In this document: positions 36,235 to 45,494 of the stretch, piece after piece
Position numbering within the stretch: position 1 is the stretch's first letter
Layout: every line of letters starts with the position of its first letter
Source: a virus
Taxonomy: Duplodnaviria; Caudoviricetes
IMG/VR virus record: IMGVR_UViG_3300032087_002048
Span: 1 to 52,378 of that record
Direction: 5' to 3' (one strand)
Length of the DNA stretch: 52,378 nucleotides
The notes under the pieces: model-generated
The model's database searches: none
What the model saw: only the letters and a program-made list of their open reading frames with translations
What the model was told of the DNA's origin: nothing
Made by a program: the position numbers and the translations under genes

Positions 36235-38700
36235 TTACTTAGGTTCAAATTGTCCTAAGTCTGTTGGGTTTAGATTGTCGTTTTGACTTTCAAATTCTAC
36301 TGGGGCATTGCTTCCAGTCTCTGCTTTCTGGGCTTCTATAGCCGATTGTTGTGTTGCATTTGCTGCTTGTTGTGCCAATGCAGCTTCTGTTTTACGCTTA
36401 CCTTCACGCTCTGCTAATACATCCTTAGCATTAACTAACAGACCTTCAAGTTCAGCCTTAAAGTCAAATTCAAGACCCATAAGGTATTCTTTCCTTTCAA
36501 TAGAACGTTCTTCGTTTCTATCTACTAAATCCATCATGTTAGTATCAACTTTAATCTTAGCCATAGCCTTAGCTTCTTCAAGTTTTGCTTTAGCTTCTGC
36601 TTCTACTTGAACAGTCTTAGATTGTTCTTCTGATTGCGTTTTAAGTAGCTGTTGTTTACCTTCTTGCTCTGACTTAACCTTAGCTTCTCTACGAATCTTC
36701 ATTACTTGATTGGCTAGCTTAACATTGTTAATCTCTCTAATCTCCGCAGCATCATCTAAGTAGATAAGACCTTGTGCAAGTGCTTGTTGTATATTAGCTT
36801 CTAAGTATTCTTTTTGTTGTGCATCTGGTGCAACTTGAATAAAGATACCGAACTTATGTGATGGTAAGTTAGATATTTCGTCCAAGATAGCTACGTTAGC
36901 TGAACCGATAGCTTCTATCAATTCATCTGCACTATCCGAATACTTAAGAATGTCTGCTATTCTATATGATACACACTCTGCCATTTTACCAGTAGCCCAT
37001 ACACCTGCCTCTAAGATATGCTTAGTAGCGGTGTTAGAATTAAGTGCTGCTAGTTTCTGTACACCCACAAGTGTCTGAGAATCAGGTGTTGACGCATCTC
37101 TAGCCTCGTTTAGACCTGATACGTCTCTAATCATTTGTAAGTAATAGTTGTATAATTCTATAAGTGCTTGTATCTTAGAACGACCAGAGCTGTGTTGTAT
37201 TTCTTGTATTGGAATCTTACCATGATTGAACTCACCTAGCCCAGTCTGTGAACGTCCAATAACAGAACCAGTTTGAAAGAATAACTGCAAGGCTCGCTTT
37301 GGGTCGTACTTTTGTCCATCACCTAAATCAATTTCGTTTAGACCATCTGCATCGATATATACACCATCTGGTACAACTCTAGCTGCTACCTGTTGTAGTT
37401 TCAATGAAGTAATCTGAATTTGGTCGGCAAAAGGTATCATACGAGACAACAGCGATTCTGTGCGCTCGTCATATACTCTCGGTGCTACTACTACATAATT
37501 AGGTAGTGCATAGTTACTTGATGCCTCTCTAATCATATTTTCTTCAAGTTCCCACTTAAGTAATATGTTAGTACCAAGTATCATTATACCACGATACCAA
37601 ACTTCTTCAAACTTAGAAATCTTCTCGTAGCCTCTTTCTGCCATATCTTCATCAGATGGATTCCAACCTTCTTCTTTACGAATAAGTCTTACTTTACCAC
37701 CTGCTGTTGTTTTCTTTTTATATACTTTCTCACGAGTAGCTTTATAGTTGAAATACAGTATATTAGCAATGTGTCCATCAAACTCGCTTCTAATTTCATT
37801 AGAAATCCTGTGATATAAATCCCAGTCTGATGTGGCTGCTGCTGCTTTAGCTAAATCCTCGTCTGTAAGGTCTGGATTGATTTTACGCAACTGTGATACA
37901 GCTACTTTCTTAACTTCACCGAAATAGTAGCAATCCTGTCTGTATGGGTCTTCCGAATAAGAATGAACTAAGTTAGAAGGGTCTACATATTCTACTTTAA
38001 CACCGTCTGATGAGTTATAGCTGTGCTTCATTGCACCTACACCAAGTACGGTTACATCGTAATCAAATCTTTTCTTAACCTCTAAGTAATCATTTTTAGC
38101 AAATACATAGTTAATAGCTTCTTCCTCTGCAATCTCAATAGATTGTTTGTAGTTAAGCTGCATGTGTATTTGTAGTTCCTCTGATGTTTCTGGTAAGTTA
38201 GCAGGGTCATTAGCGAATGCATCAACTCCAAGTTCTTGTTGTGCTTGCATAAGCATCTCCTTAGCTATCATGTCTTTTTCCATCTCAACGATGAATTGAC
38301 TCTTTTTATCTGTAGCTACTTTATCAATAGCATCTGCCTTAACAGCAAACAGTCTGTTAGATATACCGTTAACTACGATATCAACAAACTTAGGTAGAAT
38401 TGGAATTGGTGTCCAGTCAAGGTTTAAGTAAGATAGGTCACCATCCACAGCCATTTCATTCTTGTATTTGGCTATCGGTTGTTCACCACGAGCATATAAT
38501 CTAAGCCTATGGTACTTATATTGGTTATCGTAATAGCGACTATTACTGTTCTTGTGTTTTTTAAACCACTCATTTTCAACAGCTTTACCTACCTGTAAGC
38601 CAAAATCTTTACTGCCTTTATTGACATCAAGTGGGTCAGGAAAGCCTTTTGATGAAAATATTTCTTTGGCTAGTTCTTGTCTACTTTTACTTTGAATCAT
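36235..38700 (-). CDS. Portal protein
   Basis: 821 aa directly after the terminase; LRLYARGEQ, PILPKFVD and GLNEARD patterns; long C-terminal coiled coil. Confidence 0.85.
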   Translation of the reverse strand: MIQSKSRQELAKEIFSSKGFPDPLDVNKGSKDFGLQVGKAVENEWFKKHKNSNSRYYDNQYKYHRLRLYARGEQPIAKYKNEMAVDGDLSYLNLDWTPIPILPKFVDIVVNGISNRLFAVKADAIDKVATDKKSQFIVEMEKDMIAKEMLMQAQQELGVDAFANDPANLPETSEELQIHMQLNYKQSIEIAEEEAINYVFAKNDYLEVKKRFDYDVTVLGVGAMKHSYNSSDGVKVEYVDPSNLVHSYSEDPYRQDCYYFGEVKKVAVSQLRKINPDLTDEDLAKAAAATSDWDLYHRISNEIRSEFDGHIANILYFNYKATREKVYKKKTTAGGKVRLIRKEEGWNPSDEDMAERGYEKISKFEEVWYRGIMILGTNILLKWELEENMIREASSNYALPNYVVVAPRVYDERTESLLSRMIPFADQIQITSLKLQQVAARVVPDGVYIDADGLNEIDLGDGQKYDPKRALQLFFQTGSVIGRSQTGLGEFNHGKIPIQEIQHSSGRSKIQALIELYNYYLQMIRDVSGLNEARDASTPDSQTLVGVQKLAALNSNTATKHILEAGVWATGKMAECVSYRIADILKYSDSADELIEAIGSANVAILDEISNLPSHKFGIFIQVAPDAQQKEYLEANIQQALAQGLIYLDDAAEIREINNVKLANQVMKIRREAKVKSEQEGKQQLLKTQSEEQSKTVQVEAEAKAKLEEAKAMAKIKVDTNMMDLVDRNEERSIERKEYLMGLEFDFKAELEGLLVNAKDVLAEREGKRKTEAALAQQAANATQQSAIEAQKAETGSNAPVEFESQNDNLNPTDLGQFEPK

Positions 38701-41336
38701 TATTCTTTTGAGTTTAATGTGCTATGATGCCCTTTATTGTCAAACGTGTTAAAGCCCATGTTTATAGGCTTAATCTCTGGTACTGGCATTAATGTTGCCC
38801 TATGAAGACCCATTAAAGCATAACCAGAACTTACAGTTGCATCGTGTTTTTCTCTGTTCTTTATGTCGAAACTGAGCCAATCCTTTAATAGTTCCATGAA
38901 ATAGACATTTCCCATGTCTCCAAATTCACGTACTCTTTTCTTCTCATCTTCTTCATTATAAACTCCTACAAAGTTAACAATAAAATTTTCAATGAAGGAG
39001 GCATGGGTAGTTATCACATCTGCTGATGCTGAGGGGATTCCACCAATTTCACGTTCTGTAACTGATAATTTATTAGCAGGCTTATCTGGTCTGTTCAATG
39101 AGAACCCTCTATAACCCCTATGTTTAAAGTGATATAGTAGTCTAGGCTTGTTATTTTCACAAAGTATTGGCATTCCGTAGAATACGCAAGCCATAAGAAC
39201 ATCTTCAAAGAAAGTTTCTGCAATAGCTGTTCTGTTTATATATTCTAAGAAAAAAGTGTTACTTGGTGCATTTTCCATAGTAAATCCTGTAACACCATGT
39301 AGAGAACCCTTAGAGCCTTTACCAGATACTGTACCAGAAATATCGTATGTATCACCACCGAAACAACCTATGTGTCCGTTTACTGGATGCCATATACCGT
39401 TCTTCTTAGTCTTTTTGTTCCTCATTTCCTCTGGTGGTAACCATGATATCTTAAATCTACCATTTGGTGTAGGATAAAAAACAACTTCTGAATCTTTCTT
39501 ACCACCTTTCCACATAAAGTTACCTACTGTAATATGTCTGTCAAGGATAATCTGGGTTTCATTGTATTGAATCTGTTCTGTCAGCTTTTCAATGGAAAAT
39601 ATATTACTCTTAGCTTCATCACGCAATGCTTCCAATACAGTCATTGGATAGGCACGTAGTTCTTCATTATAAGATATCTCGCTCTCTTTCTTCTTAGCTT
39701 TACGTCTGGCTTCTAAGAATCCTATACTACCACCTTTAATTTCCCTACCATGTATGTTTAATGTTTTCTTTTCTGGTTTTTCTTCCCAACATACACCATA
39801 TTTATCAGTAAACTTGGTCATGTTCTTATGTGCAGGTAAGAAATAGCTATACAGCCCAGAAGGTGTACGTTCTGTAATAGGGTCTCGTTTAGTTATAATA
39901 GACTGGTGATAAATACCTTTAAATTCTTCACCACCTTGTCTCATAGGGTTTACTGTAGAACCAATAAAGGCTTTACCTACAATAACACCACCTTCATCGA
40001 AGGTTGGTGAGATACGACCCCAATGATTTTCGTAGTTAGCAGGTTTCTTCCATTTTGATGCCTCGTCACCTAAGTATATAAACATCTTCTGTCCATCATA
40101 AGAGCCATCCTTTGTAGCTTGGTAATCAACAATAGTATTAAGGTAGTCCTTACCCTTGTTCTTACGTGCTAGCTTACTAGCCTTAGATTTATCAGAAGGG
40201 AGCGCAAATTCAAGTTTCTTGTCAGAATCGAGCGCACCTCTAACAACTGGTCTAAAGTAGAAAGGTAAGTTTCTAAACATATACGAGAACTTCATAAATG
40301 CTTTCTTAGCATCGTCATCATTCTGGGATGTTAGACCAATGTTAACATTTTGTGTGGATGTTGCGTAATACAACATGATTGCAAGGATTATATAGGTAAA
40401 CCCTGTACGCCTAGACTTTATAAACAACTGTCCTAAGCATCTAGGGTCTAACAGACAAGCCTTAGCAAAATAGAACATATTAAGCTGTGCATATCTGAAA
40501 TCCATATATCCCCCATCGTCACGCATCTTACAGTTCTGCAATGCAAACCATGCTTCTCCTGTAAGGTACACAGCCTTTCCATTGTTCATAAACCATATAC
40601 CTTCACGTCTAATTCTATATTGTTCGTAAATATACTCGGAGAACGCTTCTTCGCTGTCTGGGTTTAATCCATCAGGTTCTTCTTGCCTACGCCAGTATTG
40701 TTCTGCTTTGGGTAGGTCTGAGAATAATATCTCTGATTTCTTTGGTTTCTTTGGTAATTGTATTTTAAGACCATCAAGTTCTACGATTTCACCCTTAGTT
40801 CCTTTAGGGCATAACATGACAGCATCCTTGTCTTCATTATGCCATTGAATATGATACTTTTTTAATGGATAAAAATCACCTTTAGCGAATCTTTCTGGAA
40901 AGCCTAACTTAAATTCCCTGTCTGCCAGAGAGAAGTTATCAGCCTCCATCTGGACACGCAACTCCATAAGATTGCTTTCAAGAGAATTAATGTACTGTAG
41001 AATTGTTGATTTGGCAGCGATAGCCATTGCATACTTGGATGAATCCAATTCTTCATAATCAATCTTCTTTCTTAGAGCCTTTCTAAGCGTATCTAACGAA
41101 TTATCTCCTGCTTCAACTAGTCTTACTATATATTCTCGTAAAGTATCGTCAGAGGGAGCGTTAGGGCTATTCACCCACTTGTCAAGCAGTTCTTTAGAGT
41201 ACTTAAATGAATCCACCTTTGAATCCATGACTTTCTTTATCTTGTCATCTTCGATATCATCGATTATGATTTCAAGTTCAAGTCCATCAAGAATGGTCTT
41301 TACAGCTAATTCTATGTCACCACTTAATCCTATCAT
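38700..41336 (-). CDS. terL: Terminase large subunit with an N-terminal extension of about 150 aa
   Basis: Walker A KSRRTGFT, Walker B YLGDEASK, GST coupling motif; nuclease motifs GGDTYD, ENN and HDA. Confidence 0.9.
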   Translation of the reverse strand: MIGLSGDIELAVKTILDGLELEIIIDDIEDDKIKKVMDSKVDSFKYSKELLDKWVNSPNAPSDDTLREYIVRLVEAGDNSLDTLRKALRKKIDYEELDSSKYAMAIAAKSTILQYINSLESNLMELRVQMEADNFSLADREFKLGFPERFAKGDFYPLKKYHIQWHNEDKDAVMLCPKGTKGEIVELDGLKIQLPKKPKKSEILFSDLPKAEQYWRRQEEPDGLNPDSEEAFSEYIYEQYRIRREGIWFMNNGKAVYLTGEAWFALQNCKMRDDGGYMDFRYAQLNMFYFAKACLLDPRCLGQLFIKSRRTGFTYIILAIMLYYATSTQNVNIGLTSQNDDDAKKAFMKFSYMFRNLPFYFRPVVRGALDSDKKLEFALPSDKSKASKLARKNKGKDYLNTIVDYQATKDGSYDGQKMFIYLGDEASKWKKPANYENHWGRISPTFDEGGVIVGKAFIGSTVNPMRQGGEEFKGIYHQSIITKRDPITERTPSGLYSYFLPAHKNMTKFTDKYGVCWEEKPEKKTLNIHGREIKGGSIGFLEARRKAKKKESEISYNEELRAYPMTVLEALRDEAKSNIFSIEKLTEQIQYNETQIILDRHITVGNFMWKGGKKDSEVVFYPTPNGRFKISWLPPEEMRNKKTKKNGIWHPVNGHIGCFGGDTYDISGTVSGKGSKGSLHGVTGFTMENAPSNTFFLEYINRTAIAETFFEDVLMACVFYGMPILCENNKPRLLYHFKHRGYRGFSLNRPDKPANKLSVTEREIGGIPSASADVITTHASFIENFIVNFVGVYNEEDEKKRVREFGDMGNVYFMELLKDWLSFDIKNREKHDATVSSGYALMGLHRATLMPVPEIKPINMGFNTFDNKGHHSTLNSKE

Positions 41337-41894
41337 TTATCCTGTCATTTCAAATCTTTCATATACACATACATCCACATTACGCATGCGGTAGTACATC
41401 TTACCATCCACCCATATTTCATACTCAGATTCTGGTGTGAAACCAATCTCCATTCCTTTTGGGTGTACATTTGATGCAAATACTATACCTGTGTGTGGTA
41501 GCTGTTGCCCTTCTAATATTGATATATTGTCTTCGGTAACTGGCTCTATAAAGCAAGAATCGTCACTAGCTTTCCACTCGTCACCCTTCTTGTATAGAAA
41601 TACTTCTTCTGGGATAGCATGATATTTATCATCGTACAAATAAGCACGAGAATATCTCATGTTACCTCTTTGGTCAAAGTACATTCTAAAGATATTGTGG
41701 TGTATTATGACTTCATCACCAACCTCTATTTCCCCTGTGTAGTTTAGGGGTACTGCTACGACTATAGCCTCCTTCGATACGTCTTTGGCATCCTCAATGG
41801 AAGTAACTGTCTCAAAGTTGACATTTCCCATTTTCTTACCTGACTTGTACCGCTTATTCTTAGGAGTTACTATAAAACTCTGCGGTGCTTGCAT
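41337..41894 (-). CDS. GroES-like co-chaperonin (tandem domains)
   Basis: A.VVAVP...IEVGDEV..HHN and G.V...G..IGF...SEYE..VDG...YRM patterns. Confidence 0.7.
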   Translation of the reverse strand: MQAPQSFIVTPKNKRYKSGKKMGNVNFETVTSIEDAKDVSKEAIVVAVPLNYTGEIEVGDEVIIHHNIFRMYFDQRGNMRYSRAYLYDDKYHAIPEEVFLYKKGDEWKASDDSCFIEPVTEDNISILEGQQLPHTGIVFASNVHPKGMEIGFTPESEYEIWVDGKMYYRMRNVDVCVYERFEMTG

Positions 41895-42109
41895 TATCCA
41901 AACGCTTTTTGGTCGTTCTCAATAACCAACGGCATATTAATGATTGTTTTCCATACGGAAAGTTCATTATCGCTGTTCTTTACCCAGATTTCGTAATAGT
42001 TTGGATTTACTTGAAGTATTGTGTCAATAGTCATGTTTCCAAAACTCTGACCGACTGTATAGTGCATTGCATCTTTATAATCAATGCCTATTGATATTTT
42101 TCTAATCAT
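41894..42109 (-). CDS. Small conserved hypothetical protein
   Basis: MIRKISIG.DYKDAMHY.VGQ; TAATG-coupled to the next gene. Confidence 0.75.
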   Translation of the reverse strand: MIRKISIGIDYKDAMHYTVGQSFGNMTIDTILQVNPNYYEIWVKNSDNELSVWKTIINMPLVIENDQKAFG

Positions 42110-42139
42110 TACAATAGATTTTAGTTATTTATACTATTG

Positions 42140-42147
42140 CAAAGATA
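42140..42147 (-). promoter_or_regulatory. -7 promoter element TATCTTTG for the packaging operon
   Basis: Intergenic exact match; no clear -33 box. Confidence 0.65.
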
Positions 42148-42162
42148 AGGATTATTTATTTC

Positions 42163-42756
42163 TTAAAGTCCGATGTACACTCTCACACCTACTGTAGTTG
42201 CTTTTTCTGGTGGGAGTAACCCTGTGAAGTCTTGTCTTACCTCAACACCAACTCCCCATTTCTGTCTCCTGTTATACATAAGACCTAGTGATGCAGCTTG
42301 GGGCAATCCCTTGTTAAAAAGTGCGCCCTCTACCCCACCTGTTATAAACAGTCGGGATTTGCTTGGAAGTGTTTTGGTAATAGTTGTTACGGTATTGATT
42401 ACCGTATCGTTTGTAGTTAATGTAAATTTAGTAGCACGTAGGCTGTCAGCGTAGATTTCATAATCTATAGTACCATTATCCAATACTTCTTTCCCTACAT
42501 ACTTTGTAGTTGCTACAGAAATACTGTCTGTAGGTTCTATTGTAGTTCCATCTGGTACATTGATTATAATTGGCTCTGCCTTATGCCATCTATCCACAAA
42601 CTTGATTGGAGATTCTTTAATTTGTGTGTTTATAATAGTATCAGTTTTGGTAACTGTAACTATCTCTGGTTCTGGCTTGAACAGTTTTGATGAAGCAATA
42701 GCCCCCACAGCTAATGCAATGAGGGCAATTATTACATATGTTCCAAGCCTTTTCAC
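42163..42756 (-). CDS. N-anchored membrane protein with C-terminal amphipathic beta strands (spanin-like candidate)
   Basis: N-terminal TM, Thr/Val-rich stalk, C-terminal strands ending VGVRVYIGL. Confidence 0.55.
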   Translation of the reverse strand: MKRLGTYVIIALIALAVGAIASSKLFKPEPEIVTVTKTDTIINTQIKESPIKFVDRWHKAEPIIINVPDGTTIEPTDSISVATTKYVGKEVLDNGTIDYEIYADSLRATKFTLTTNDTVINTVTTITKTLPSKSRLFITGGVEGALFNKGLPQAASLGLMYNRRQKWGVGVEVRQDFTGLLPPEKATTVGVRVYIGL

Positions 42757-43028
42757 TATGCTTTTTCTAATGTAGGCTTCTTTTCGCTTGCTTCCTTAGT
42801 CTTAGCTTTCTTAGCCTCAGCCTCTTGTTGCTTCACAGCAGCTTCTTGAATCTCATTGATGATAGCATCAACGGTGTCAAGGTCGGTATTAGGATTAGCC
42901 TTTAAAGAGGCATCCAATTTATCAACCAAATTACGGACGTTCTCGTCCAGTAATACACTTAAGATTTGAGGTGTCAGGTTTAGACCTGCGTAACGAACTA
43001 CTTTTGAAAGTCTTTCTAAATGTTCCAT
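42756..43028 (-). CDS. Small helical hypothetical protein
   Basis: 90 aa with its own promoter. Confidence 0.65.
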   Translation of the reverse strand: MEHLERLSKVVRYAGLNLTPQILSVLLDENVRNLVDKLDASLKANPNTDLDTVDAIINEIQEAAVKQQEAEAKKAKTKEASEKKPTLEKA

Positions 43029-43066
43029 TTACAATTATATTTAAGATTAAACGTTTAAATTGATTA

Positions 43067-43098
43067 CAAAGATACAATAAATATTTTAATATGTCAAA
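43067..43098 (-). promoter_or_regulatory. Bacteroidota primary-sigma promoter
   Basis: Minus strand TTTG 43098-43095, 20-nt spacer, TATCTTTG 43074-43067. Confidence 0.8.
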
Positions 43099-43106
43099 CT
43101 ACGTTC

Positions 43107-45071
43107 TTATGCTATAGGAAAATCTATTACTTCGTATCTTATTTGTATTCCCCAATCCCCTGTTGTTGTTTCTGATGTAGCTAAGTTTCTGTATAATCTA
43201 ACTGTGACAGATTGGTTTACAACAGATACTGGCTCATTTAGACCAAGAGATGCTGCTCCTATCCAATCCCCATTTGTGGCTTGTGGTGCTGTCATCCCTC
43301 TAAATCCATTAGTGCCTCCATATTCAAATGAAACATCAATGGGTTCTGTTGTACAAGTATAGTTTGACGCAGTAACAACAAACTCTTTCACCAGTATTAT
43401 TTTTCCTGCTCCTTGTGCTGCTACTAAAGTTATTTCTGGGTCTGCCCCTGTAAAACTAGGGTCTGTGAAAGTACCAGTTGCTACAGATAAGGTCTCCCCT
43501 ATTGATGCTTCTATTGTTACAATTTTATCCCTTATAGCGTTCTTACTAGCACCATCTGTGTTAGCATTCCATGTTGTAGCATCATAGGCAACATCACTTA
43601 TTGTTGGTATATCAGAAGTAAATGCTAAAGTACCATTTGCATTTTGAAAAGTATATGTTCTATCAATAGCTCCTGAGCTAACAAGACTGAAATCAAATAT
43701 CATTCCCCTGCCCTCAGCATCTTTATAAAAAATATACTGGTCAGTTGCTATGTATCCTAGACCTCCTACACCTGTAACTCCCCCTGCTTTAGTAGAAATA
43801 GGCATTCTTATAGTAGCATCAAATACACAAGAAGAAGTAAATGTTTTGGCTCCTCCTACACTTTGATTACCAGTAAGCTCTACAAAACTTCCTTCTAAAG
43901 CTACAGTACCAGCTGTGTCTGGAAATGTAAATATTCTATCTACTGTAAGACTATCAAAATCTAATATACCTGCAGCTTGTGCTACAGTTACATGGTCTTG
44001 ATGAAAGTAGTATTGACTAAGTCCAAGATACCCCATAGAGCCTCCTGATGCGTATCCAATAGTAGCTGTATCATCATTAAATATAATTCTACCTGCCTGT
44101 GCATGTATAGAAGAACTAAATGATTTAAGACCACCCACTGTTTCAGTTGATGTCTTATCTACATAATTTCCTAAATCAGATGTTAATGCAATAGTACCAT
44201 CGCTATCTGGTAATGCAAAAGTTCTAGCTACTGTTAAATTAGAAGGGTCTATTATTGTTGCTCCATTGCCTGTTATACTCTCCCACACTAATTCACCACC
44301 TGTACCTGCTTTAAGTTCTGTAGCTGCGCCACCGCTATCAGTACCAGTAGGCATTGTTGTTATTGGTAGAAAACTTATAATATTCAAATCATCATTTGAT
44401 GGATGATTTATTTGAACTATGTTTTTAAATATTGTAAAGCCTTCAAAGTTGTTTGTACCAGTCCAAGTATTTGTTGCCCCTAATTGACCATAGAAAGCAC
44501 TATAATCACCAACTTCGGCAGTTACTGCGCCAGTTCTCCCAAAAACAGAATCAACAGCACCTCCACCACCTTCACCTACAATACGAACCCCCATTACTTT
44601 ACCTGCAGTTAATGAACCAGATGAGGTTGTGACTGTTACAGTAATATTAATAGTATTTGCATCTACGTCTGCTGTGCTTACTACATTAAATAACCCTAAG
44701 TTATTTCTATTACCCATGTCGGCAAACATAATAGATAGGGTGTTTGTGCCTATGGTGTTTATTATATCATCAACAAGTTGTCCAAAAGCTGTCAGTTTAG
44801 AAACATATATATTAGTAACGCCAGACATAAGTATAGTGCCATCTGCGTAATTGTTGGTAGACACCTCTCCATCCCCAACAGCAGTACTTACTACATCATT
44901 GTAATTAAATAACAAGTCTGTTGAGTTTAGATTATATTGAGTACCTAGATAATCTAAGAATGTAAGAACCTTATAGTTCTTTGTTGCATTCAGAGAGTCA
45001 CCATCTGTACCGATTACATAATCGTTTACTGATACTGCTGTGTCAAAATTATATGTTTCTATTCTTGCCAT
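43107..45071 (-). CDS. Tail fibre/spike 2
   Basis: N-terminus shared with fibre 1; VDSVFGRTGAV; three R.F..P...GT.AL repeats; globular C-terminal domain. Confidence 0.8.
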   Translation of the reverse strand: MARIETYNFDTAVSVNDYVIGTDGDSLNATKNYKVLTFLDYLGTQYNLNSTDLLFNYNDVVSTAVGDGEVSTNNYADGTILMSGVTNIYVSKLTAFGQLVDDIINTIGTNTLSIMFADMGNRNNLGLFNVVSTADVDANTINITVTVTTSSGSLTAGKVMGVRIVGEGGGGAVDSVFGRTGAVTAEVGDYSAFYGQLGATNTWTGTNNFEGFTIFKNIVQINHPSNDDLNIISFLPITTMPTGTDSGGAATELKAGTGGELVWESITGNGATIIDPSNLTVARTFALPDSDGTIALTSDLGNYVDKTSTETVGGLKSFSSSIHAQAGRIIFNDDTATIGYASGGSMGYLGLSQYYFHQDHVTVAQAAGILDFDSLTVDRIFTFPDTAGTVALEGSFVELTGNQSVGGAKTFTSSCVFDATIRMPISTKAGGVTGVGGLGYIATDQYIFYKDAEGRGMIFDFSLVSSGAIDRTYTFQNANGTLAFTSDIPTISDVAYDATTWNANTDGASKNAIRDKIVTIEASIGETLSVATGTFTDPSFTGADPEITLVAAQGAGKIILVKEFVVTASNYTCTTEPIDVSFEYGGTNGFRGMTAPQATNGDWIGAASLGLNEPVSVVNQSVTVRLYRNLATSETTTGDWGIQIRYEVIDFPIA

Positions 45072-45091
45072 TTTAAAGTTTTAAGTTATTA

Positions 45092-45493
45092 TTAACATAA
45101 TCCTGATGATACCCAAGCAGCACCATTCCACTCTCTATATTTTGCACCATTAGAATAAAATCCTGCATCTGCGTGACTAGTACCTAGTTCATCATCCCAT
45201 ATATCAGTACTATCTAAAAATGTAGTACCCTCATTTGTCCAGTAAGTACTAGGCGTGGCTACACACGCATTCACAGAACTAATGCCATTAAATCCTAACT
45301 CCTGTGCAAATGGTACTGCAACACTATGGTCATAGTTTCTAAATGCCTGTAATTTAGTTGAGGTAGATGAGCCATAGAGAGGGTCAAACCCTGTAACCTT
45401 AGCATTAGCAAAGCAGTTTACTAAGCTACTCCCTGAGCCTATCTCAGTCACTACGTCTTGTAAGCTAAATGTAAATGTGTCTGGTACTGGCAT
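45092..45493 (-). CDS. Small tail-fibre-associated (tip/adhesin-like) protein
   Basis: Follows the S74-type fibre; N-terminal SL.DV.TE...L..FRNY pattern; Cys/Trp-containing C-terminal domain. Confidence 0.6.
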   Translation of the reverse strand: MPVPDTFTFSLQDVVTEIGSGSSLVNCFANAKVTGFDPLYGSSTSTKLQAFRNYDHSVAVPFAQELGFNGISSVNACVATPSTYWTNEGTTFLDSTDIWDDELGTSHADAGFYSNGAKYREWNGAAWVSSGLC

Positions 45494-45494
45494 A

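Noticed and set aside
6355-41336. Inteins or introns in helicase, RNR, polymerase or terminase
   Set aside because: Catalytic motifs are at normal spacing, with no splice-junction or homing-endonuclease motifs seen.
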